Made by a program: the position numbers and the translations under genes. 64,000 nt of DNA, from assembly GCF_009914755.1 (NCBI RefSeq), contig NC_060926.1. One strand, 5' to 3'. Under the pieces are notes generated by a model. That model worked only from the letters and a program-made list of their open reading frames with translations. It had not been told where the DNA came from and did not search any database. Numbering within the stretch: the first letter of the stretch is position 1; each line of letters starts with the position of its first letter. Below are positions 25,791 through 38,145 of this stretch, piece by piece. The DNA is from the human T2T-CHM13v2.0 reference genome, Homo sapiens.

Positions 25791-27857
25791 TCTTAGCTTC
25801 TGGCTAGAGATTTGTAGGATTTAAGTCCTGAGCAGCTTATTGATGAGTTCGATTACTGTTTTCAAAAAGAAAAGGAAAAGGCATCAGAATATTTTCCCTA
25901 AAGAAGATCAATGGTTTTGAAATCTTGGCTGTGTAGTTGGGAGTAGGTTACCGGTGCTGGTGAGGGATGTAGATTATTTTCCAGCAAATCGGTAATTGTA
26001 GTAAGGTAATGAGGTTATTCTCCTGGAGAAACAGGTGAAGACAGAGATGGAACTTGTGCTTCAGAAGCAAGCAGTGAGGCTCCTAATGAGGCATCTTGGA
26101 CCTATTTATACTTGGAAATGCCAGGGAGCATTTATATTCTGCTTACTTTGACCCTAGTGCAAAAAGTTTTCTGAGAGGCTCCAGAGCTTTCTTTCCAAAA
26201 CTGAGAATAGTAGCTAAAAGCTGGCAGAGAAGATTCTGGAGAGCAAGACCATGGCTAAGCAGTAACAGAGCTAATGACTCAGTCACCTTGAGTTGCAGCT
26301 TGAGGAATGAAGACACTTGACACCTTACCCTCATTGTCAGGACTGTAACAAGAATAGGAAATTCCATATGCATATGTTACTACCTCCTAACTGTGCTGGA
26401 GTGGCCAGCAGCTCGTTAGCTAATTTTGGCTGCTCTTTCTGGTATAGAGCTTCAGCTGCTAAATCCTTTTCCTGTTGTCTGTCAGAGCCTACGAGGAATG
26501 AAGTTGCAGTCCATCAGTACATTCCTCATCTTTCTTGTCCGTATCCTACATTAGGGTTTTCAGGGGCCGGTAAATAACACTCCTCTATTCTCACTCCACA
26601 ATTCTGAGGAGTCAGAAAGATGAAGAACACATGCTAGCTTTACTGACAAAACTATACTGAAGGATGCAGCTTGGACCACTGGCTGATAGGCTTTCCAGAA
26701 CTTCATTTCTGGTCCCAGTCTGGCTGTAGGCCCCTGCCAACAAGGGGCAGCACCTGCTGCACACTATGTGTGTGTAAGCCTGAAAAGATAAGAGAGATGC
26801 AGTCAGTGTGATTCTGAGCTGAATTATGTTAGGGTTTTCTGTTCTGTAGTTTTCCATGACAAGCCAAATAACTTCTTTTCCTCCTTTCAATCCTGCCCCC
26901 CTTTCAGTATTAAATTGAACTGTTTGCTTCCTGAACAATTTCTTCATACTTCCATTGACCTGAATCTTCTTTGCTTTACCGCCATATTTAGGGTCCAAGG
27001 ACATGAAACAAGAATCTACCTTGAATATAATGTTCCTAGAATTCCTAACTTCAGTGAAACATGGTCAGCCTGAATGCTGAGGCCTTATCAAGCCACTTTG
27101 TGCAATAGGGCCAACTGTGAACCATTTGCTGAGGAAGGATTTTGACTCTGCCCAGCAGGTGCTTCCTTGGCAGAAGTGGGGAGACCCTCTTTTTCAGGTG
27201 CTGTGCTACTCAGGCACTTTGATTTTCATAAGAGAATGTCTCTTATGGAAGAGATGTATGAAGAGAATGTTCCTCCTCAGTAGATTGTTAAAGGATACAG
27301 ACCTGCCCTGGGATGTCTGCACTCCAGGTTTCTGCTAGAGACCATGACCTTGAACTCTGTTGTTCATTTCTTATCAAGAGCTCAATTATGAGAAATAAAA
27401 CTTTCAGTGGATTGTTGGAAGGCTATCAGTTTTTCCAGGCAGCCCAAAATCCATCCCTAGGTCCAACTAGACCATCAAAGAACAGCATACTTGGATGACA
27501 TTGTTTTTGGTTTCTTCTAAACTGGACTTTACTGAGCTGGACTTTGGGGTTAAGCAAGTCATATGAAAGTTGCTTATTGTACTTTTTGAAGGAGTATTGG
27601 TGAGGGTATTGTCAACTATATCTCACCATGCCTTGTAATGAGGACCATAGGAGAAACTTTTTTTCAGACATAAATACTAGGAAAATCTACCATTCTCCTG
27701 AACAAATGGAGTTGGAAAATTTTATGTTCTTTGTATTTCCTGTCAATACATTTTTTAAAGCTGTGACTGCCTTGACACTTAGAAGTAAATTTGGGACACT
27801 TAACATTTGTATATGACAATCTGATATCATTTTTTAAATATATTCAGTTTGCTTATA

Positions 27858-28221
27858 CATGTGCTCCTTGACTTATGATGGGGTTGTATCCAGATGAACC
27901 CATCATAATTTGGAAACGTTGCAAGTAAAAAGTGCATGTAATACACCTAACCTACCAAACATCATAGCTTAGCCTAGCCTACCTTAAAAGTGCCCAAAAC
28001 ACTTACATTAGCCTACAGTTGGGCAAAATCATCTAACACAAAGCCTATTTTATAATAAAGTATTAAATATCTCATGTAATTTATTGACTAGTATATAGAA
28101 AGTAAAAAACAGAATGGTTGTATGGGTACTCAAAGTATGGTTTCTACCGAATGTGTATTTCTTTCACACTTAAAAGTTGAAAAAGGGATAAGTTGAATTA
28201 TTGTCAGTCAGGGACCATCTG
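27858..28221 (+). mobile_element. MER47A (TcMar-Tigger), complete
   Basis: TA target dinucleotide at both ends; interior CCTAACCTACCAAACATCATAGCTTAGCCTAGCCTACCTTAAA. Confidence 0.9.
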
Positions 28222-28380
28222 TAATTTCAAATACTATTCTACTGTTGTTTTCTTCTTTGCTCTGATCTCTTTATCAATTGTCTTTACCAATTTGTCTTAC
28301 ATGTTGTAAACTGCTTTAAACCCTCTTTATAAGGATGAGAGAGAGTATAAGTAAATTAATTAATTTGAAAAGTAAGTATG

Positions 28381-31300
28381 AGGGTGGTCAAGATGGGTGA
28401 CTAGAAACTGCTAGTGTGAGCCACTTTAATGGAGAGGAATGGAAGGGGCAAGTAAATAGAGCACCTTCAACTGAAACATCCAGGTACATGCACTGGGACT
28501 AATCAAGGAAACAAGTCGACCCACAGAGAACAGAGAAAAGCCGGGCAGGATGATGACCCACCAGGAGCAACATGGAGCTAGGGGACCCTTCCGCACCCAG
28601 GAAAGTGGTGAATAAACGTGCAACCCTGGGAACCCATGCTTCTCCCACAGATCCTTGCAACCCCTCAGGTCAGGAGATTCCCCTGGTGAACCCACTCCAC
28701 CAGGGCCTTCAGCTGACATACAGAGCTACTTAGAGTCTTGGAAGAGCAGCTGCTCAGGCACATGCAGAGACCCGGGAGCCTTAGATACCTGGGTTTTCTG
28801 GGCTTCCTGACAAAAGCAGCTGCAAATCTGGCAAAGCAGGAGGTTAGACTCTCCCATATATATCCCTAGGAAAAGGGCTGAATGCAAGGGGCTGAGCAGC
28901 GACAGTCTGCAGGCGCAACTTGCATGACACCTCACAGGATAAGACCCACTGGCTTGGAACTCCAGCCAGCCACCGGTAGCAGTGTTATACCTCCCTGAGG
29001 CGGAGCTCCCAGGGGAAGGGGTGGGCTGCCATCTTTGCCGTTTGGCCAACTTAGCTGTGTCAGCCTTTGGGCTTTGGGCATTTCGGAACAATTAGGGGCT
29101 GAAGCAGACCCCCAGCACAGCACAGCTCAAAATGTGTGGCCAGACTGCTTTTTAAAGCAGGTCCCCAATCCCATTCCTCCTTGCTGGGCAGAACCTCCTA
29201 ATTGGGGTCTCCAGCTACCCCTGCTGGTGATCTCTAGCTGACAGAGGTTTAGAGTCTCCCTGGAGTGGGGTTCCCAGAGGGAGGGGTTGGCTGCTATCTT
29301 TACTGTTTGGCTGATTTAGCCATTCTGGCCTTTGGACTTTGGAGAGTTCAGGGTGTCTGGGAGCTGGAGTAGACCTCCAGCACAGCACAGCTGCTCTACG
29401 AAAACGTGGCCAGACTGCCTTTTAAAACGGGTTCCTGTTCCAGTTCCTCAGTGGGCAGGACCTCCCAACTGGGGTCTCCAGCCACCCCTGCCAGAGTTCT
29501 GCCACTGAAAGAGGTTTCAAACCTCCCTGGGATGGAGCTCCTAGCGGGAGGGGCCTGCTGCCATCTTTGCTATTTAGGTGACCTAACCTTTCCAGCCTTT
29601 GGGTTTTGGAGAGTCCAAGGTGACTGGGGGAAGCAGACCCCCAGTTGCTCTATGAAAATGTGGCCAGACTGCTTTTTTAAGCAGGTTGCTGATCCTGTTC
29701 CTCCTCACTGGGTGGGACCTCCCAACCAGGATTTCCAGCCACCTCCTACAGGTGAATTCAGGCTGGCAACAGGTCAGTACCTCCCTGGGATAGAACTCCC
29801 AGAGGGAGGGACAGGCCACTATATTTGTGTTTTGCAGCCTTCACTGCCGATACCTCCAGGAACTAGAAAATTTGAGGTGACTAGGGTCTGGAGGGGATCC
29901 CCAGCATACTGCATCAACCTACAGAAAAGTGGCCAAAATGTTATGTGGGTGCCTATTCCCATATCTCCTCACCTGCAGGTTCTCCAGGTCTGAGTACGCA
30001 GCCAGCCACCACTGGGGCTATTGAGCCAGTAGCAACTCTGTAACTCACTAGACAGAGTCCCCAGGGGCAACCAAAAGCCTCTCTACCACTGCCTCTGCAG
30101 TGGAACTGCCCTTGCTGCCCTCGGACTAATGAAGGAGGAAAGATACTAAGTGCCTTATCCACACCTCCAACAAGGTGCATTTGACCCAAAGAAAGGAGGC
30201 CAGTTCATCTCCCACAGGTCCCGCCCACTCCCTCTGCTCATCAGTAGACAGGGAATCCTGACTTGGGCCCACAGCACAGACCTTCCATCCTGAGGTGATT
30301 GCACTGAGCAATTGCTGATCTTATCTCTTTGGTATGGAGCCCCCAGGAGACAAGAAAAATACCATTGGCCACCAGGTCCCTTCCTCTGCTGCTGTAAGTT
30401 TGGGGAGGAACATAAACCCTGAGATCATCCCAGAGCTGCAATGGGCAGCATAGAAGTGCCAAGCCATGATCTACGGCCGGCACTCAAGAGGCAGAAGAGC
30501 CCACACTTTCAGAGTCTTGAGAGGGAACATGGCTGCAATGTGAGGAAACATAGGGGAGCCACACAACTGAGAACAAGTCTACCAACTGACCAGTACACTT
30601 AAGCACCAGCTACTGGATCACACCCCAAAGCTTCAACACCAAAAATACTTTGTTAACAAAACCCTCTGTGAAACCAAAGACAAGAAGTCAGCTTCAAATA
30701 AAGACCACGCACAAAGCCTCAGACCTGTGAAAACATTCAGAAAAGAAGTCTATTGACTGTATTCAATCTACACTTCAGTTAAAGGAATACTCAAACACAG
30801 AGATGAGAAAGAACCAACACAAGAACTCCGGCAACTCAAATGGCCAGTGTGTCTTATATCCTCCAAATGACCATACCAGTTGTTCAGCAAGAGTTCTTAA
30901 CCAGGTTGAGCTGAGTGAAATGACAGAAATAGAATTCAGAATATGGATAGGAATAAAGATTATCAACATTTGGGAAAATAGCAAAACCCAATCCAAGGAA
31001 ACTAAGGATCACAACAAAACAATATAGGAGCTGAAGGATGAAATAGCTGGTATAAAAAGGAACCTAATGGATCTAAAAGAGCTGAAAAACACAATTTTGC
31101 AAAGCAGTCACAAATATTAACAGAAGAATAGACTGAGATGAGGAAATAATCTGAGAACTTGAAGCCTGGCTCTCTGAAATAACACAGTCAGACAAAAATA
31201 AAGAGAAAAGAATGAAGAGGAATGAGCAAAACCTCTGAGAAGTATGGGGTTATGTAAAGAGGCCAAGGCTGTGAATCACTGGCATCCCTGAAAGGGAGGG

Positions 31301-34120
31301 AGAGAAAGCAAACAACTTAGAAAACACATGTCAGGATATCATCCCTGAAAACTTCCCCAACTTTGCTAGACAGGTCAACAGTCAAATGCAGGAAATGCAG
31401 AGAACTTCTGCATGATTCTACACAAGAAGATCATCCCTAAGACATATAATCATTAAAATTTCCAAGGTCAAAATGAAATAATTTTAAAGGCAGCTAGAGA
31501 GAAAGCCCAGGTCACCTACAAAGGAAGCCTCATCAGGCTAACAGCAGCTATCTCAGCTGAAACCCTACAAGCCAGAAGACATTGTGGACCTACCTATATT
31601 CAACATTGGTAAAGAAAAAAAAATCTTTAACCAAAAATTTCATATCCAGCCAAACTAAGCTTCCTAAGTGAAGCAGAAATAAGATACTTCTCAGATAAGC
31701 AAATGTTGAATAAGTTCATTACCACCAGACTGCCTCACAAGAGATCTTGAAAGGAGCACTAAATATAGAAAGGAAAGACTGCTACCAGCTAATACAAAAC
31801 CACACTGAAATACACAGCAGTGACACTCTAAAGCAACCACACCAACAAGCCAGCATAAGGAGATGCCATCTCACACCAGTCAGAATGGCTATTATTAAAA
31901 AGTCAAAAAATAACATGCTGGCAAGGTTGTGGAGGAAAGGTAAAGGTAGCTAACACCACCATGACAGGATCAAATCTACACATGTCAATACTAACCTTGA
32001 ATATAAAAGTTTAAATGCCCCCACTTAAAAGGGACAGAGTAGCAAGCTGGATAAAAAAGCAAGACCTAATGGTATGCTGTCTTTAAGAGATCCATCTCAC
32101 ATGTAATTACACCCACAGGCTCAAAATAAAGGAACGGAGGAAAATATACCACACAAAATGGAAAACAGAAAAAAGCAGGGGTTGCAATCCTAATTTCAGA
32201 ATTAAACTTTAAACCAACAAAGGTCAAAAAAGACAAAGAAGGGCATTACATAATGATGAAGGAGTCAATTCAACAAGAAGACCTAACTATCTTAAATATA
32301 TACGCACCCAACATAGGAGTACCCAGAGTCATAAAGCAAATACTTAGAGATTTACAAAGAGATGTAGACCTCCACATAATAATAGTGGGAGACTTCAACA
32401 CTCAACTGACAGTATTAGACAGATCATCAAGGCAGAAAATTTACAAAGATACTCAGGACCTGAACTCAACATTAGATCAAATGTATCTGATAGACCTTTA
32501 CAGGACTCTCTACTGAAAAACAACAGAATATACATTCTTCTCATCGCCATGTGGCACATACTCTGAAACTGACCACATAATTGAACATAAAATAATCCTC
32601 AGCAAATGAAAAATAACCAAGATCACACCAAACACACTCTTGCACCACAGTGCCATAAAAATAGACTAAAAAAATTGCTCAAAATCATGCAATTACATGG
32701 AAATCAAACATGTTCCTGCTGCATGACTTTTGGGTAAATAATGAAATTAAGGCAGAAATCAAAAAGTTCTTCGAAATTAATGAGAACAAAGATACAACAT
32801 ACCAGAATCTCTGGGACACAGCTAAGGGAGTGTTAAAAGGGGAATTCATAGCGCTAAATGCTCACATCAAAACATTAGAAAGATCTCAAATTAACAATCT
32901 AACATCACAATTGAAAGAATTCAAGAAGCAAGAACAAATCAACCCCAAAGCTAGCAGAAGAGAAGAAATAACCAAAATCAGAGCTGAATGGGAGGAAAGT
33001 GAGACATGAAAAGCCATTCAAAAGATCAGTGAATCCAGAAGTTTTTTTTTGTTTGTTTTCGTCTTTTCTTTTTTTTTTTTTTGAGATGGAGTCTCTCTCT
33101 TTCGCCCAGGCTGGAGTGCAGTGCCCCAATCTCGGCTCACTGCAAGCTCCGCCTCTCGGGTTCACGCCATTCTCCTGCCTCAGCCTCCCTGGTAGCTGGG
33201 ACTATAGGCACCCGCCACCACACCCAGCTAACTTGTATTTTTAGTAGAGACGGGGTTTCATGTGTTAGCCAGGATGGTCTTGATCTCCTGACCTTGGGAT
33301 TCGCCCACCTCAGCCTCCCAAAGTGCTGGGATTACAGGCATTTGTTTTTTGAAAATATTAATAAGATAGGCCACTAGCTAGAGTTACAAAGAAGAAAAGA
33401 GAGAAGATCTACATAAACACAATTAGAAATGATGATGGAGATTTTACCATTTACCCCACAGAAATAAAAATAACTATTAGAAACAACTATGAATGCCTTT
33501 GTGCACACAAACAAGAGAACCTAGAAAAGATGGATAAATTCCTGGACACATACATTCCCAAGACTGAACCAGGAAGAAATACATTCCCTGAACAGACCAA
33601 TAATGAGCTGTAAAGTTGAATCAGTAACAAATAGCCTACCAACTGAAAAAGCCCAGAACCAGATGGATTCACAGCTGAATTCTACCAGATGTAGATCTGG
33701 TAAAATCATACTAGCTCTACAAAGAAGAGCTAGTACCATTCCTATTGGAACTATTCCTAAAAATTGAGGAGAAGGGACTCCTCCCCAACTCATTCTATGA
33801 TGCCAGCATCATCCTGATACCAAAACCTGGCAGAGACACAACAGAGAAAGCAAGCTTCAGGCCAGTATCCATGATGAACATTGATGGAAAAATCCTAAAC
33901 AAAATGCTTGCAAACTGAATCTAGCAGCACGTCAAACAGCTAATCCACTATGATCAAGTAGGCTTTATTTCTGGGATGCAAGGTTGGTTCAACATATGCA
34001 AATCAATAAATGTGATTCATCACAAAAACAGAACTAAAGACAAAAACCATGCGGTTGTCTCCGTAGATGCAGAAAAGGCCTTAGATATAATTCGACAATG
34101 CTTCATGTTAAAAACTCTCA
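28381..34120 (+). mobile_element. L1PA13-16/L1P4-type L1: 5'UTR, decayed ORF1 (from approx. 30803) and ORF2 (ATG 31961), 3'-truncated in the RT region
   Basis: 5' GGTGGTCAAGATGG (YY1-type start); ORF peptides MRKNQHKNSGNS, LTILNIYAPN...IIVGDFNT (endonuclease), [11 protein letters not shown]; many stops and frameshifts. Confidence 0.95.
33051..33340 (-). mobile_element. AluY, slightly 5'-truncated, inside L1 ORF2
   Basis: Y diagnostics GCAAGCTCCGCC, TTCACGCCATTCTCC, TTAGCCAGGATGGTC. Confidence 0.93.
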
Positions 34121-34426
34121 GTCTCAGCCTCTGTTAACCATCCTTCTACTCTCTATCTCCATGAGTTCAGTTGTGTTAAGTTTTAGCTCCCACAAATAAA
34201 TGAGAACCCATTGTTTGTCTTTCTGTGCCTGGCTTATTTCACTTAACAAAATCACCTCCAGTTCCATCCATGTTGTTGCAAATGACAGGATCTCATTCCT
34301 TTTATGGCCTAATAGTACTCAATTATGTGTATATACCACATTTTCTTTATCCATTCGTCTGTTGATGGACACTTAGTTTGCTTCCAAACTTGGCTACTGT
34401 GAGCAGTGCTGCAACAAACATGGTAA

Positions 34427-34800
<374 letters not shown>

Positions 34801-35804
34801 TCTCTTAGATATGATAATATCTTTTCTTTTGGTTATATACCTAGCAATGTGATTGCTAGTTCATGTGGTAGCTCTATTTTTAGTTTGTGTGTGTGTGTGA
34901 CCTCCAAACTGTTCTGCATTGTCGTTGTACTAATTTACAATTCTCGCCAACAGTGTATGAGGGGTCCTTTTTCTCCACACCCTTGCTAGCATTCATTATT
35001 GCCTGTCTTTTAGATAAAAGCCATTTTAACTGGGGTGAGGTGATACCTCATTGTAGTTTCAATTTGCATTTCTCTGATGATCAGTGATGTCAAGCGCATT
35101 TTCATATGCCTGTTTGCCATTTGTATGTTATCTTTTGAGAAATGTCTATTCAGATCCTTTTTCCCATTTTGAAATTGGATTATTAGATATTTTTCATATA
35201 GAGTTGTTTGAGCTCCTTTTATATTCTGATTATTAATCCCTTGTGAAACGGGTAGTTTGAAAATATTTTCTTCCATTTTGTGGGTTTTCTTTTTACTTTG
35301 TTGATTGTCTTCAGTGATATGCAAAAGCTTTTTAGCTTGATGTGATCTTGTTTGTTCTTTTTTGCTTTGGTTGCCTGTGCTTTTGGGCTATTACTCAAGA
35401 AAATTTTGCCCAGACCATTGTCCTGGAAAGTTTTCTTGGTATTTTCTTGTGGTAGTTTCAGAGTTTGGGGTCTTAGATTTAAGCCTGTAATTCATTTGGA
35501 TTTGATTTTTGCATATGGGAAAGATACGGGTCTAGTTTCATTCTTCTGCATGTGGATATTCAGTTTTCCCAGCACCGTTTATTGAAGAGACTGTCCTTTC
35601 TCCAATGTATGTTCCTTGGCACCTTTGTTAAAAATAAGTTCACTGTAGAAGTATGGATTTGTTTCTGTTTCTCTGTTTTATTTCATTGGTCTATGCATTT
35701 GTTTTTATACTCATACCATGCTGTTTTGGTTAGTATAGCTCTGTAACATAAATTGAAGTCTGGTAATATGTTTCCTCCTGTTTTTTTCTTTTTGCTTAGG
35801 ATAG

Positions 35805-38145
35805 TGATGATTTGGCTGTGTCCCCATCCAAATCTCATTGTGAATTGTAGTTCCCATAATCCCCACATGTCATGTGAGGGACCCAGTGGGGGGTAATTGA
35901 ATCATGGGTTCAGTTATCCCCATGCTGTTCTCATGATAGTTAATTCTCATGAAAACTGATGGTTTTATAAGGGGCTTTTCCCTGTTTGCTCAGCACTTTT
36001 CTCTTCTGCTGTCTTGTGAAGAAGGATGTGTTTACTTCCCCTTCCACCATGATTGTAAGTTTCCTGAGGCCTTCCCAGCCATGCAGAACTGTGAGTCAAT
36101 TAAACCTCTTCCTTTATAAATTACCCAGTCTTGGATATTTCTTCATAGCAGCATAAGAATGGACTAATACAGAAATTGGTACCACAGGAAGTGGGGTGCT
36201 GCAGTAAAGATACCTGAGAATGTAGAAGTGACTTTGGAACTGGGTAATGGGTAGAGGTTGGAACAGTTTGGAGGGCTCAGAAGAAGACAGGAAAATGTGG
36301 AAAAGTTTGGAACTTCCTAGAGACTTGGCGGGTTCAGAAGACAGGAAGATGTGGGAAACTTTGGAATTTCCTAGAGACTCGTTGAATGGCTTTGACCAAA
36401 ATGCTGATAGTGATATGGACAATAAAGTCCAGGCTGAGGTGGTCTCATATGGAGATGAGAAACTTGTTGGAAACTGGAATAAAGGTGATCCTTGCTATAC
36501 TTTAGCAAAGAGACTGGTGGCATTTTGCCCCAGCCCTAGAGATCTGTGGAACTTATTACTTGAGAAAGATGATTTAGGGTATCTGGCAGGAGAAGTTTCT
36601 AAGCGGCAAAGCATTCAAGAGGAAGCAGAACATAAAAATTTGGAAAATTTGCAGCCTTATAATGTGATAGAAAAGAAAAATCCATTTTCTAAGGAGAAAT
36701 TCAAGGCCACTGCATAAATTTGCATAAGTAACAAGGAGCCAAATGTTAATTGCCAAGACAATGGGGAAATGTCTCCAGGGCATGTCAGAGACCTTCATGG
36801 CAGCCCCTCCCGTTACAGGTCCAGAGGCCTAGGAGAGAAAACTGGTTTCATGGGCCAGGCCCAGGACACCCTGTTCTGTGCAGCCTTGGGACATAGTGCA
36901 CAGCATCTCAGCTGCTTCAGCTCCAGCCATGGCTAAAAGGGGCCAAGGCACAGCTTGAGGCATTACTTCAGAGGGTGCAAGCCCCAAGCCTCAGCAGCTT
37001 ACACGTGGTGTTGAGCCTGTGGGTGCACAGAAGTCAAGAATTGAGGTTTAGGAACCTCTGCCTAGATTTCAGAGCATGTATGGAAATGCCTGGATGTCCA
37101 GGCAGAAGTTTGCTTCAGGGGCATAGTCCTGTTGGAGAACTTCTGCTAGGGCAGTGTGGAAGGGAGATATGGAGTTGGAACCCCAACATGGAGTCCCCAC
37201 TAGGGCACTGCCTAGTGGAGCTGTGAGAGGAAGGCCACTGTCCTTTAGACCCCAGAATGGTAGATCCACCAGCAGCTTGTACTATGTGCCTGGAAAGGCC
37301 ACAGACACTCAATGCAAGCCTGTGAAAGCAACCAAGAGGAGGGTTGTACTCTGCAAAGCCACAGAAGTGCAGCTGCCCAAGGCCATGGGAGCCCACCTTT
37401 TGCATCAGCATGACCTGGATGTGAGACATGGAGTCAAAGGAGATCATTTTGGAACTTGAAGGTTTGGTGACTGCCCTGTTGGATTTCAGACTTGTGTGGG
37501 GCCTGTAGCCCCCTTGTTTTGGCCAATATCTCCCATTTGGAATGGGTGTATTTGCCCAGTGCCTGTATCCCCATTGTATTTGGGAATTAACTAACTTGCT
37601 TTTGATTTTGCAGGCTCATAGGTGGAAGGGACTTGCCTTCTCTTAGATGAAACTTCAGACTTGGATTTTTGGGTTAACACTAAAATGAGCTAAAACTTTG
37701 GGGGGCTTTTGGAAAGGCAAAATTGTGTTTTGAAATGTGAGGACATGAGATTTGAGAGGGGACAGGGTCAGAATGATATGGTTGGGCTGTGTCCCCACCC
37801 AAATCTCATGGTGAATTTTTAGTTCCGATAATCCCCATGTGTTGGAGGGATCCAGTAGGAGGTAATTGAATAATGGGAGCAGTTACCCCTATGCTGTTCT
37901 TGTGATAGTGAGTGAGTTCTCAGGAGATCTGATGGTTTTATAAGGGGCTTTTCCTCCTTTGCTCGGCACTTCTCTCCCCTGCTGCCTTGTGAAGGAAGAT
38001 GTGTTTGCTTCCCCTTCTGCCATGATTGTAAGTTTCCTGAGGCCTTCCTAGCCATGCAGAACTGTGAGTCAATTAAACCTCTTTTCATTATAAATTACCC
38101 AGTCTTGGGTATTTCTTCATAGCAGCATTAGAATGGACTAATACA
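35805..38145 (+). mobile_element. Full-length THE1C: LTR 35805-36171, internal 36172-37773, LTR 37774-38145
   Basis: Two LTRs ending TTCTTCATAGCAGC...GGACTAATACA; THE1-int ORF remnant 36247-36717; TSD gatag/gacag; L1 text resumes exactly. Confidence 0.96.

Noticed and set aside
26143-26577. Named-gene assignment (passing resemblance to INTS10 or small-GTPase motifs)
   Set aside because: Only scattered short word matches needing large gaps; not supportable
29406-29993. Longest ORF (195 aa)
   Set aside because: Lies in the GC-rich repeated L1 5'UTR and starts at GTG; no domain recognised
31961-34120. Active L1 ORF2
   Set aside because: Multiple stops and frameshifts, an Alu insertion and 3' truncation
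36273-36380. About 55-bp tandem duplication in THE1-int
   Set aside because: Recalled as a shared feature of THE1C internal sequences, so probably not locus-specific
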